A DNA stretch of 64,000 nt from Takakia lepidozioides (lineage: Eukaryota; Plantae; Bryophyta): NCBI GenBank assembly GCA_030704615.1, contig CM060733.1:35216001-35280000 (forward strand), written 5' to 3'. The notes below the pieces were generated by a model. That model had not been told where the DNA came from. It worked only from the letters and a program-made list of their open reading frames with translations, and searched no databases. The translations under genes were made by a program, and so were the position numbers. How positions within the stretch are numbered: position 1 is the first letter of the stretch; each line of letters opens with the position of its first letter. Below, piece by piece: positions 23,567-36,856 of the stretch.

Positions 23567-23827
23567 AAAGGTGTCGGGTTCTTTAGGCTTTACCTTAAAC
23601 TTAGCCTGAGAGGAAGTGGCATTAGCCGCCCTCATCACATCTTTCAATGTCCCTCCAAACTGGGCCAACAACCCTTCCCAAAAGGCTGCTGGCATGGGAG
23701 GCATCTGTTGGTCTGGCGGAGCCTCCGGGAAGTCCTCGGGTTCTAACTCCCCAGATTCCTCCCATTCTTGAGCGGCCTCGCTTTCATAAGCATAAATCGC
23801 CTCTTCCAATTGTCGCTTCGGTGACAC
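23567..23827 (-). mobile_element. Retrotransposon gag N-terminal fragment interrupted by CACTA
   Basis: ORF ends FKVKPKEPDTF, a gypsy gag-like motif, exactly at the CACTA terminus. Confidence 0.5.
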
Positions 23828-23892
23828 GTTGCCCCTACCGAGCTCACGAGGATCATCATCTTTCTAGATGTTGTTATTAGGAGTCGTTGTTA

Positions 23893-24070
23893 ATAGTGCG
23901 GAACAACGCGAAGCCTTAGTTCCAGCGACGACCGAAGGTCGGAAGCTAGTTTAGCGTAGAGCAGGAATAGGGTGTCATAGTGCCACATCAAAGTAGCCAG
24001 GTGATCGTAGACACGTCATCGTCATCGTCATTTTTTTTTGGAATCTGCTCGGGATGCCCGAAAAAACCAA
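23893..24070 (+). repeat. Inverted copy of the Helitron-like double 3' end and its flank (17195-17395)
   Basis: tagtgcggaacaacgcgaagccttagttccagcgacgaccgaaggtcggaagctagtttagcgtagagcaggaatagggtg is the reverse complement of 17310-17395. Confidence 0.8.
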
Positions 24071-24659
24071 AAATGACTTCTTGAGCTCAAGCTCAAGTGC
24101 GGTCTCTGCAAGATTCTTCGACGCTGCGCCACACACTCCTATAGCTGATTTTTCATGGACTAAACGGGGGTAAGTAGCACCTCCACCATTTGTATGAGGC
24201 TCTCCAGCTTAGAGAATCTCTTGATGTTGAATCAGATTTGTGGGGTTTTGATTGTTGACAGTGGGTTCACAAGGAAGCAACTATGCTGCCCAACCGCAAT
24301 CACAAGGTGTGGCTTTTTCTTAATGCACGATGTCAAGAAGTTTGTCCATCCTGCAAATGTGGGCTCTTAGTACCATGATTTGGTATTCTTCCTGATGTTT
24401 ACAAGGTTCTTGGGAGACCTGGTACCAATCTAGCAGACCAATCTGGCATTACCTGACTATAGACACAAGTAGCACACACAAGAGGTCCTTTTGAGTTGAT
24501 GGTCGGTCAAATCCTCCATGAGTCATGACACAAGTTCAAGGACAATGGGGTGAGGATCCACCTTCTTGTTCGACCTATTTCAGCTTGTTTCGTCCTCTCA
24601 TCAGACTCAGCCCTGAGGTGCATATTGAATTCTGTAAGTTAGCTCATTGGGTGGATATG

Positions 24660-26020
24660 TGGTGCGTTTGGGAGCTCTGGAAAAGGGGAAAGAGGTCCAT
24701 GGTGACATCATCAGTGTTGAATTGTACCATACGTCATTCTAAACACTGCGCTGGTGGACATGTATGCCAAATGTGGGTCATGCATTAAGGATGTGAGGAG
24801 AGTTTTCAATACTATGGCTGAATGAGATGTGGTGTAATGGAACGCGATGCTTGCAGGGTATGCACAGCAGGACACGTGATATGGAGGCTTTGGAGACCTA
24901 TGATCAAATGATGGGGGAAAGGGTGAAGCCCGACCACATCACGTTTGTGTGCATTTGCAATGCGTGTGCAAGCCTAGCAGCTCTAGAAAAGGGCAGATAA
25001 CAGAGATAATGAGAAGCTCTGGAATGAACATGTTTCTGACCGCAGTCAAGGGTGGAACAATCGAGGCAAAAAGGTGAATGCTTGTTGGAAGTGCAAGTCA
25101 GCATAGGAACTAGTATGATAATTAGGGTTGCGGTATTTGTTAGAACAAATCTAGGCTATCATTGTCAGCTACTAGCAGTGGCATAAGAACTAGTGTGATT
25201 GGGTTTTTCCTAGAGCAGATCTAGGCTGTCGCTGTCAGCCGCTAGCAGCAAGGCAATGATGAATGAATGATTTGTACAGAGGCATGGATAGCTAAAGGAG
25301 CAGGGATAGAATGTGGGTCCAGATTCATCCAAGAGGGCCAGATTTCAAGCACAAGATTACCTACCTGTGGATCAAAAGCTGCAAGAAACCTGCATGGGTA
25401 GATGGTTAATTGAAGGCAACAGCTGCAGTGGCACAACTGATAAAATCAGGCACCTCAACCATGACCACAGCTTCTGGAAGAGGATCAAGAGAGGGAGTCC
25501 ACAATGCCTCTTATGCCACTGCTGGGCATGTGAAGATGCTTTGTGAGACAGACTGACTGAAAGAGGCTCTACAGACTTTAAACCAAGTAGGCATTTCAGC
25601 AGATTTAGATACGTACGTCTGTCTCTTGCATAAGTGCATCAAGATGAAAGGCCTGAAAGCTGGAAAGCAGGTGCACACTCACATTATCCAAAGTGGTTAC
25701 ACTAAATATTTTTCTACTCAACACCCTTGTCAACATGTATATTAAGTGCTTAAGCATCATGGATGCTCACCAAGTGTTCAACAGAATGCCTCAACGATCT
25801 TTGATCACGTGGAATATGATGTTGGCAGGATGACAGCCGAGGGAGTTTTCAACACTATGGCTAAATGAGATGTGGTGTGGTGGAACGCGATGCTTGTAGG
25901 GTATGCACAACAAGGGCGCGAGATGGAGGCTTTGGAGACCTATGATCAAATGATGGGGGAAGGGGTGAAGCCCGACCACATCACGTTTGTGTGCATTTAC
26001 AGTGCGTGTGCAAGCCTGGC
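24660..26020 (+). pseudogene. PLS-PPR fragments (24660-24995 and 25530-26020), inverted paralogues of 13-17 kb
   Basis: WNAMLVGYAQQGREMEALETYDQMMGEGVKPDHITFVC; contains in-frame stops. Non-coding flanks match 15.8-17.1 kb in reverse. Confidence 0.8.
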
Positions 26021-27819
26021 ATGTCTTGCCTTGAGGGCAAGGGGTCCGAACACAAGAGGAGCTGCCTCTGTGGTGGGGGCAGTGACAACAATAGGTACGG
26101 GGGCTGAAGCACCCTTGAGTGCCCAAGGCACTCAAGGAGGTGGAGGTGCTCACTAGGTGGAGCCCCGCACACCGGGTTGGGGTGGGGGTGGTTCCACGAG
26201 GGGTGGTGGTAGCTTAGTGGGTCTTAGTGGGGTGGCGTAGGACTCATCATGGGGCGGAGACCTTGTGGTGGGAGTCGTGGGGAGTCTTGGGACTCATCAC
26301 GGTCCATTGGGGCCGTGGTGGGTAGACCAAGACTCACCACGACTCATCATCAGGAGTCAAGGTTCTTCGTGGTGGTTCGCCATAAAAGGATGGTGTTGTT
26401 TGTGCACATTGTCCATGAATTGTTAAGTTATTTATGGATCTATTCAAGTCTTACGAAAAGATAGACCATGCTACATTTTGATACATTGAGTAGTTCTGGA
26501 GTGGGAATGTTGCTTAGAACCATTTTTCGGTCATTTATGCCTTCTCTAGAACGGGTTCTCATGGGAGATATCGAGAATCTGTGAGTCGTGGTATGTCGAT
26601 CATTTTTGTTAGGTGTTGTTTTATTTCAGTGGGCAATATTTTATTTGCGGGCATGTTGGAAATTAGAACTGTACGGCAAGTGTTCCCATGTGTTGCTGAC
26701 CTATATGGCATGATGATCATTCGATGAAAAATTGTCATATATTGCATCCGTTATGTCTTGATAGGTAACTTCTTGAATTTCTTCATTTGTAATAGTATGT
26801 TTGTTGTCAATTTCCGACATTGATATGGTTGTATGAATATACACTGCAATCCGAACAACAACTTTGGATTTGCATGAGTGTCATGCAGGTGGCCAATGTG
26901 ACAAGTGAGCTGGTCATTGGTTGGGAATATACTAGTAGTCTTAGATACAAATAATAAAACGACGTTCATCCATTTCCTAGCATGCAAGGACTTAGTATGA
27001 AACCACGTCTAAATGGATGAAACAGATGGATGGAATGGACATAACAAATGTCATCTGCAATGACTGAAAAGGGTTAATCAATCCGCGAAAATAGGCTCCT
27101 CCCGCGGAAATAGGCCCTGCAAGTTTGGAATTCTATGTTGACATGGTGTGAGCCTATGCTGGGCTCACGGGCTCCTAGGCTCATAGGCTCATGCCTCCAG
27201 GCTCGCGGAATAGCAACCTTGTCTGGTAAAAACACCTACATGTGAGCGCGACCTTGAACAGACCCCTATTTTTGCGTATGAAAGTGACTACAGAGGTCCT
27301 TGAATGGATGGACAGAATCCAGTGGTTTACTTAAGGTCTACCAATGGCCAGAATTGACTACAAATAGGGTGGTTTTACGACTCAACGTGTATACATCCAT
27401 GTACTTATTGGATTTGTAACAACACCGTTATTAACAAATCAAATAGATTACTGTAATCATAATTTGCACTTAATTAATCACCTAAAGAGTAGGCATAGGC
27501 CAGATTTGGGGCAGATTATGTTTCAAAATACCATGAGGGCTGCTCCATTCAAACACAATGGCTGCTCCATTTAAAATGGACCCGTTGACCATTCAAAGTT
27601 TCAAACTCTAAAACCAAGTATAAACGCGGGGCCCACATGTGCAAAAGGCCCAGCGTGCGATCCATAAAAGTTCTAGGACGGAAGTAATTTAAATATTTTT
27701 AGATATGGCAAGTATATTAAGACTTGTTTTGGGTGCATGTATGGATAAGCTATGGACTTAGGGCAGTTTAGTTTTCATTTACTCGGGCACGTTGTCACAC
27801 ACTATCATGGGTCAGCATA

Positions 27820-27938
27820 GGCCATTTGGTGCGCCCTTTTAGGTGCATTAATGTTTTGACTTTGGATACATAGAGTACAGGCCACTTGGTGCTCCTTTTT
27901 AGGTGCATTAATGTTTTGACTTTGGATACATAGAGTAC
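27820..27938. repeat. 60-bp tandem duplication
   Basis: ttttaggtgcattaatgttttgactttggatacatagagtac occurs twice, with period 60. Confidence 0.8.
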
Positions 27939-30322
27939 CCTAAAGGGAGCATGCCACCTCATGAACATGTCCTTCCTTTTTGGATTCACAACTTGTGCAC
28001 CTTAGGCAGTTTCAAGCTTTACATTAGTCATTTCTCGGGTTCACAATAGTTGGGTCTACCGCTTACATATATGAAGTTGTTAAGTACCACGTTGAAAATT
28101 AATATCAATTCATGGTTGTGGTCAAAAAAATTGTAATTGATAGGAGGACCTCTTTGTCTAGTTGCTAATCCAACGATACATATATATCTCCTTGCTAGAC
28201 CTTTTCTACTAATAGAACTGCTTAAACGCACACATTTAGGTGTTACTACCTTATAGGAACAATGACTAGAGAAGGTTGGGGCTTGGTGAGAGTGGGACCA
28301 GGTGGGATCGCAACTTGGGGCTCGTCTTCAAGGTGGAGCGTTTGGGGCTGGTGGAGGGTGGGACCAGCTGCGTGAAGTGCTTGGGTGAGAGTGCTTGGGG
28401 TTGACAAAGTAGGGTTGGGGAATTGGGATCGTCGTGCTTATAAATGGGACTCAATATTGCTGTGTTTGCCATATATTGCCATGTTTGGAAGTTTTGTCGT
28501 GTTCACCTTTTTTTCCAAAATATACACTTCCACGGTAATAAGACCCCCTCTAAACCCTATCTTTGGTTATAGGACTTGCTTCTCCCTCCTCTAAACCCTG
28601 GGCTCACACTTAGAGGGCAAAGCGTGAGCCAATCTCCTGGGCTCGCGCGGCTACACGCCGTAGCTACGTCCATCCATAACAGCTACATGCAACAAATTAT
28701 GAGCAACCCCCTTCATACTCATTCTAAATATTGCCACCTTAAAATTCTCAGGAACTCCATTGACTGTAGTTATAACTTCAAATATGTGTAAGTACTAATC
28801 AAAATCTTCCCCCATAGTATATTCTGGAGAGGGTTGGGTTGTCAATAGCGGTATAGCATGACAAGGGGGTAAGCTATGCATGTTACCTGGAGTGGATAGA
28901 CTATGAGCAGGGCAACATGGAATTAGAGCATAATTCTGAGCAGGGCCAGGATTAATAGTGTGCATGGTATTCACGGTAGGGACAAAGCTTTGACTCACAA
29001 CATTGCTAGCAGGAGCCACACTAGTCACAAATGGCAGACTTGGGGGCAATGTCACCACACCCACTTAAGAACATGGGACATTGGTCGCAGTTGAGCAGGC
29101 TGACTGACATACATAGCTTGGGGCGGTACCGCCCCACTCATAGATGGAATGGGGTGGTATTCCCGTTTGCTGGATAGACACAGAGCCTAGACTGTGCTAG
29201 CATTGACAGGAACAGAATTAGCATGCAGGCCTACAGTCGCACCAGGAGTCCCAAACGTCAAGGTCCCTCCCCCTAAAGTGGGACAAAGACCATTCAAAAC
29301 AGAGCCATGCATTATACAAGGTGCCACGTTAGTATGGACAGCAACAGGGACCGACGCACCGCTCACAATAGCCATTGGATCTTGAACAGACACAGTCCCC
29401 CTTTTTACACTACCACCCACAACACCCACCACCTGGAGAGGGTAATTGGGTGGTGTACCTGTGAACACCACCCGTTATGGATGATCCTCAACTTAGTTGG
29501 ACCGGAGTAATTGAGTTGGACTGTTTCACAAAATTCTCAGTCACGCACCTACAAGCCAGGTGAGTCGCTATGGCAATCTTACCTTGACTTGAAATTGCGT
29601 TGCGAGGGGCTAGAGGCTGACCACGCGGCGCCTCTTTTAAGCGCCCTAGGAGCATACGGTCAAGATGAAGCCAACATCTAAACTAACCCCTAACTAAACT
29701 ATAAATGTAAAGGTTAAATGGTACACTAAGGCGAAAAATTATATTGGATGGATGAGTATAGACGGATGGATGAAATAGGAAAAATAGTAGCTAGGAGAAA
29801 ATGGGTCTTCACATGCTTTCGCAATTTATAGTGTATATCTGGCTTGTACCAAGAACCTCATCTCTTTGAAGTGGATCATGTACTGAGGACAGTTATTGAT
29901 CTTGATACCTCATGCCATTCACCCCTCACATAGAGTGGCAAAGAGAAAGAAAGAGTAACTCAGTTTGTGTTGTGACAGAAACCGGCAAATTCTCAGCTCA
30001 TTCATCCAGACCTTGACCGTTGTTGTTGTTGCCGTCATCTGTCTCGGAGAACAAAACTACTGTACCAATTGCTGGAGTTTTTTTGGAGGTTGAGGTCGAA
30101 GAGATCTTTGTGTTTCCAACGGAAGGAACCTACTCCACAAGAGACTCCATATTAGGACCACAGCAGACCCTTAAACTTTACAAGCTTTGGAGATGGGGAC
30201 TGCCACACGGTTGGCTGGGGAGTAGTATCACCAAAGCTCCTTTCTTGGGAATTTGCAAGAATAGTTTGTACTGGGTTTGACCCGGCTCCTCGTTACAGCA
30301 ATTCCTGCTTCATGAGCAGGGG

Positions 30323-33300
30323 ATGGGATCCAGATTCAATCCGGTGTCGCTCGACTTTGATAATGATTCCGACGATTGTTCTGTGCTCGATTATTCCTCT
30401 CGTGAGGAGGGCTTGATCACCAACGCCAGAGAGACGCTTTCGGCTGAGCAGAAAAAAATTGTCGAGCTGGTCCAGGATGGCAGGGTAAGAGAGATTAACA
30501 GGGTCTTATTTGACAGTAGTTTAGGGGCTGAGGGTCGTTACAGCCCGGACTTTGGCGCATGAAATGTCTCTCTGCACGGCTAAGAAGCTATTTCGTTTTC
30601 ATGTTCCCGTGTGTTTCTTTACCATAATTCAATCAGCACGAGGGGGAAGGCCTTTTCCTAGAGAGAGGGAATGTAGAAGGAGTGGCATAGTTTGTGCTTC
30701 AGACACTCGGAGTCTTTAGGACTTCCGGGGGAATATATGTGAGGAAGAGTATTAGTAGTCATGTTCTCTTTCGTCTTTGAAAATTGCAACAGTGCAGTTC
30801 CTCGCTTGCCGAACCACTATCATGCACACCATTGTCGCTGAAAGCTGTCATCTTCAGGTTCCATGAATATAGATGTAACTGGCTAAAAAGATGGCAATGA
30901 ACGTGGACAGGCTCCTGGAACCTGAAGATCCCGTCCCCTTATTGAAGCTTGAGTTGGCACTCTTAATGGAAGCATAGCCTTGGACCAGACGTTCAATTGA
31001 TCATAGCTCATGACATCTTTTTCTTCCTGAGCGATGAAGAGAGCCGAAATCAGGTCATAAGGTAGGGTTTAAGCTAAAATAGAGTTTGACTTCAAACCCT
31101 GAATCCTTGTTTGTATTCTCTTAGTGGGTCTGTCGTGTGTATCTAAGCAATTGTGTGAACTTGTACAGAACGTTTTCTTCTCTGGCCCTGGTGGCACAGG
31201 CAAGACATTCGTGCTTCAGCATATCCTTCAAATACTGAAGGAGAAGTTTCACACAGATCACATCAAGTCTGATCTCCTTCCTGGCAAGATCCATCCTAAA
31301 AAGCAGAAGTACCAGTGCGATTGTTATAGTTGCAGTGTGGCAGTTACAGCATCCACAGGCATCGCAGGTGGTGTGCTGTCTGAATGCATTTTTTGCCACT
31401 ATTCTATTTCCCAAGTTGATTGAGTAGACTGCATAATTGTTCTTATGTAGTACATATCGCAAAATGCACAAGACCACGTGGTTCTTAACTCTATGTGATG
31501 GGTCATGACTAATCCTGCACACTCTGAGACATTGGAGATAAGGTATATCAGACAAAATGATTATTGGTAATAATGTGGTTTAGATCTGCTTGTCTGCCTC
31601 ATAACCTTGTTCATTTCGGTGTTGCAGCACTGGAGATTGAAGGCACTACTCTGCATTCGGCAGCAGGAATAGGTATCCCACGACGTTTTCAAGATTTTAA
31701 TCGCATGTTTGAGCACAAAATGAGGATCAAGTGGCGCAACCTGAGGGTTCTGATTGTTGACGAGATATCAATGATCAGCGCTGAATTTCTTGAGTACTTG
31801 GAGCAGACAATATGTAGAGTTCGTGGGCCATCAGAACCATTTGGGTCATCAAAACCATTTGGCGGCCTTCAGGTAGCAACATATCAAATGTTTCTTTGTC
31901 AGCTCTGGACATAACTAGGTGTACTAATGATCAAAATTGCAGGATTTCACCTTCAGTCCATGTTAGCCATTGCGTGGCTGGGAGCATGATCATTACACAG
32001 GCATATTCTCTCCAGTCCATGGCAGTAAAGCAGTACAATCTTTTGATGAGAAAGAAAGAAAGAAAGATTGGCAAAAAGAAAGAAATTCATTCGGCCCAAG
32101 TACTGTTGTTTTCCTGTGTTGCTCTGGGTTGGCCTTCTCAGTTTTGTTTTGGGTAGAGTGAGACAGGCACAATCGTCCTGCTAGATAACGAGTTGAGTTG
32201 ACTGTGAAGTCTTGGTCCTTTGGTGCTGGCTAGTAGTCTTTGGTTTCCCTCTGAATTCAGCTGGTTGCTGTGTGGAGAAGGTGGTTACTCAACCGCTCTC
32301 CACTCGTCTGTTTGGGCTTGTTGTGTTTCTTTCACCCCTCAGGGTGGGCTTCCAATGGCTTGTCGAGGCTTTGTCCATGGTTATTGATTTTTTTAGTTTG
32401 CTCTAGAGTGTTTCCCCCTTTCCTCCCAAAAACTGATGTCCATGGGAACAAAACAAGAAAAGTGGGGTCCCCCAAAAACCAGCTACCTCAACCAGAAGAC
32501 TACAATTCAACTTTAAGAGATGTTCTAAGGTGGAGAGCCTCATGACGACATCTCTGATCCTCATAATGGCACACCTCTGTCAGCGCTTGGCTGTCACTAA
32601 GAAAAGAAACAGACGTATTATGTCCATGGGAGGTACGTAGTGCATGCGGCTGTGAGAGAACACTGTTTTAGGTATTGGACTGTGGGGGAGGGGGGGAGCA
32701 ATAGCATCCTACTCCAGTAGCACGATCTTCAAACATGAAGTTGATTGAGAAGTTACTTATTGTCCACTAAAGCATTTTGCCATATCTTCAATTTGATTAT
32801 GGCCCATAATCACATCCAAGCAGCAGGGTATTCTTGAACTGGGTGCAAGAAATGTAGTGACAAGCAATTCCCGATTCTATTCAATGACTATTCTGAGGAA
32901 GTAGCTCTATTTCGAAGACTAATAGCTTGCCATCCTCTCCATCATCCCAACAGTCAGCCATGTGGGTTCCCTTTTTGTTTGCTACAGGTGATTTTTGCTG
33001 GAGACTTTTTCCAGTTGCTTCCAGTACAGGATAAGCCCCCCAATCAGTTTACAAATAAGGGGTTTGCATTTGAGGCACCGGCATGGAACAAAGCAAATTT
33101 GGAGTGCGTCATGTTGAAAACTGTCTTCCGTCAGGTACACATCAAAAAAAAATTCACCTGATTTGGTGAGGCATAATATAACAATCTCTAAAGAATAATT
33201 CTTGCTCCCTACAGAAAGTGTGGAATTTCTTCCCAATTACAGATTTACAGTAACATGGGTGGGTTCAAATCACGCTGCAGGGTGATAGAGAGTTTGTCCA

Positions 33301-36300
33301 GATGCTGAATGATATCAGAACAGGGGAAAAATCAGAAGCACTCGAAGAAATTGTGAGGAGGTGCTCGAGACCACTTGACTCACATGAGGGGGTCCTGCCA
33401 ACATTGCTATTTCCGAGGTGAGATGCGTCATGGGTTTGCAGAGTGGGTTTGCTGATCACTTTGGAGTGTTTGCAGGTTTTAGCTTACAATCAACAATTTC
33501 ATCTGACCCAAAGGGACTTAGTTCGACCCAAAACAGCTGTAAAGGAGATTTCAGTTTTGTTGATTAGTCCTGGGTTTTGAGCAAGCAAACAGGAATTATA
33601 TTTCTAGCTCCTTCTTCTCTCCCAAAAGATCTTGAGTAAGAATAATGAAAAGTTTATTGTCCAGCACTAACCAGATTGATGTGGTAATTTGGATTGGCAG
33701 GAACAAGGATGTGGATAACCTGAATGCAAGTGAGTTACAAAAGCTACCGGAAAGAGAGGTTGTTATTCCTTCAACGGATGTAATCAGGACAGAGGAACAG
33801 CGCAAAGAAGAACATGGAGGAGAAATGAACCAGGAAGAACATCAATCTCAGTTCAACAAATTGAAAGAAAATGTGTTCTGGTCAACCTGCCTGGCCGCAT
33901 CAGAAATCAGCTTAAAAGTTGGGGCGCAGGTGTGAGATCTGTGTGGATGTTAATTTGTCTGTCATGAGTAGTACATCAAGGGCTCTATGGGCTCAATGTG
34001 GAAAGTTAGATAATATCAACGAAAATTGATGTACAGAGCTTGTAGTACCACAACATTGCTTTTGTCAAGATCCTTGAACTGAACTACATGTACAAGCATG
34101 TTATGATATCAGTTGCAGTGAATATATTATTCAGTTCAATGAGGGATCTTCATAGTCAAGACAGAGGACTCGAGAGTTCTTGCCAGGAAGAAGACCAATG
34201 TGAAGCTCCTCCAGCAGATCTTGGAACTCTTAACGCCGTCATTATAAGACTTTGATCTGTTGCAGGTGATGCTGTTGCGAAACCTGGAGCTTGGTGGAAG
34301 CAGAGATATGATGCTGGTAAACGGCTCGCGTGGTGTTGTTGTGAGGTGGAAGTCGAGAAAAGAGTTGTTGTCCCAACCTCCCCCATCCAAACCACTGAAC
34401 CCAGAAGAGTGGAGACTGAAGCGGACATATGAAAAACTGCAGATAAGTGACGTTCAGGAGGTTCCAACTGTGAGGTTCAAAAACGGGCGGGAGGTTGACT
34501 GTGTCCCAGAAGCGTTCACATACCCCATGTGGAATGTTGGTGATTGCACAAGGCTTCAGGTGTACAGAATGCCAATGATCCTTTTTCTTGTTGGTTTGTG
34601 GAAGGTTGATTGATTGTGAGGCTGCACACAGTGGCTCTACTACAGGTATCCGGAAGATCACTAATTTGTCCACAATATACCAAATTAGAAAGTCAATATG
34701 CTACATCAGGATCTAGGCACCTGAAAGCTATACCTCAACTTAGTTTTTCCCTAACCTGCTTGTCGTCAGAGACGTATGGTTGGATCATGACACATATTGC
34801 ATTGTTTTCAGGTTCCATTGAAGCTGGCATGGGCCCTAACCATGCATAAGTGCCAAGGTAATTTGGATTTCTTATCAATGTTTGGGGTCCAGAGTCTGTC
34901 TTGAGTTACCCTCCTGGATTGTAGTCCAGGTACTTTAGCTTGCAAGATTGTGGAATGCTTTGAGGTTTGGTTACTGGGCACTGAGGTGTCGCTTTCCCAG
35001 CTTGCTAAATTCATTGACATTGCCTTGTCTTGTATTGACACTGCCTTGTATTTGTTTCGGGCCCTGCTGACGGCGAAACTGCTCTAGTGTGGGAGTTGGA
35101 ATATCATGAGGGTGGTCTTAAGCGGATGAGAGGAGGATTAGCTGACAAACATGGAGTGTACTAGCTGCAGTAGTGGGCATCTTCATCTTGAATCTAGTGC
35201 TAAGGTCGTGTCAGTGCAGCCTGGTTGATCTGACGTGCTTCCCCAGGATGCTGCAGGAATGACACTTGATTACGTGAAAGTGTCACTTCAAAATGTTTTT
35301 GCTGAGGGGCAAGCTTATGTGGCACTCAGCCGAGTGCGCTCTCTGGAGGGCTTGCAGATTGTTAGCACCAGCCAAGTCAATGTTGTCAGGTACTTTCTAA
35401 TACAGACACACTCTTTTTCTCTTATCAATAGGAAAGGTACAGTACCCCAGATCAATGCTTCAATTAAACCTCTACAGAACATTACTTAAACTTTTCCTGC
35501 CAGTACTATGAGATTATAGGATATAATTGCTGCTTTTGCTGAGGTTGATTATCCTGGCAGAGGCATTTTGTTAGTGTTAGTTAATGTCACTTCATTCATG
35601 AAGCGTTTGTCAGAACCTCTAGCCTCAGCTTCATCCCGCAAGACATGCAACTTTTGATCTGCGTTGAGGAAATGTACTCAGATGTTGTTTGCTGTAGCTT
35701 TGTGGCCATAGACCCCAGGGCGTAACAAGAGGGAACAGACACTACCTATGCTCACTCCAGTAGTGGCACTTACCTTTATATAAACAATTAGTTCGGGGCT
35801 TTCTAGCTGTCCACTGAAAGCCCTTCACACAAACATCAATCTGCCGTGTGAGCTGCCCAGGAATTAGACCCCAACAGGGCCAAGGGTTGATCGATGTGGA
35901 AGGACTATGTTCTTGATGGTCCCGTTCTCTGAGAGAGAGAGAGGGATAGGGCTCATCTTGTCTTGACAAGAAAGGATCTGTCTATTCTTGACTAGATCAA
36001 GCTTCATAAACAACAACACAGCCTTCAAGGAAGGCACCATCTTGATCCAGACTCAATATTGACTCTATGTCAATGGAGTGATGGGGGTGGGTGGTGGTGT
36101 ACCTGTATATGATCAAATACAGGTTTCCCTCCCATCTTAGACTTGCCACAGAGGTAGGCAGAATGCTTCATCTTTTTTCATGACTTGAGATGGCTCTGTG
36201 TAAATGCAGATTGCTGCTATGTCAACCAGCATAGTATCGTAATTTGTTTTCAAACAACACCTCTATCAAGTCATTGGAAACTGACCACACATTTGGTTTG

Positions 36301-36856
36301 CAGGAAACTTGATTATAGAGCTCAGAGCTTGGACAGCTTAGGTTATGGAAACTGGCTCATGATAAGATAAGATATCTCATAGTTGCCTAAGCACTATATC
36401 ACTAATCTAACAGATTGAAAAACCTCAAAGTATAGGTTAGATCCCTGAAGATGGGCCACCAGCTGTCATGGTTATTCTTTCTTGAAGTCTGGCAAGTGTA
36501 GTCCTGACATGGTAGTGGGCAATTTATTGACAAAGATATATCTGATGTACAGGGTGAATGAGAAGGTCAAGCAATTCTACGAGGCCTTGGAGAAGGAGGG
36601 AAATCTTCTCAACACCCCACTTACATTTACCACCTTGCAGTTTGAAGGTGCAGATGTGGGTTATACTGGTCCACCTGCTACCACAGCAAGGAGTGCAGGT
36701 GCTTGCAAAAAACCAGGGTTGAAGCCTGAGAAGGAATTTCAAAGAATTCAGATTCGCTTTGAAGAAAAGGATGGTATATGTTATCACTGCAAGACAAGGG
36801 GGCATCCTGCCTATGCGTGCCCTAAGAGACCAAGCTTGTGTAGCGAGGCCTTGTAG
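30323..36856 (+). CDS. PIF1: PIF1-family 5'-3' DNA helicase with C-terminal CCHC zinc knuckle, 10 exons, ~631 aa
   Basis: Exons 30323-30484, 31169-31367, 31628-31872, 32988-33134, 33281-33417, 33701-33929, 34266-34559, 34812-34857, 35257-35389 and 36553-36856 total 1896 nt; all introns are GT-AG. Motifs GPGGTGKT, TASTGIAA, TLHS, DEISM, GDFFQL, VFRQ, LKVGAQVML, LVNGSRG, HKCQGMTL, GQAYVALSR and CYHCKTRGHPAYAC. Confidence 0.92.
35668..35900 (-). mobile_element. LINE 3' end fragment in PIF1 intron 9
   Basis: QIDVCVKGF...RTNCL matches [10 protein letters not shown]...RINCL at 2.8 kb, followed by the same 3' UTR. Confidence 0.65.

Noticed and set aside
29805-29840. Helitron 5' end (minus strand tatacactataaattgcgaaag)
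   Set aside because: It resembles AT-rich Helitron starts but lacks a clear 5' TC, and I could not pair it with a 3' end.
30323-36856. PIF1 gene as part of a Helitron
   Set aside because: No Rep/HUH domain or termini nearby, nine canonical introns, an intact frame and motifs of the cellular type.
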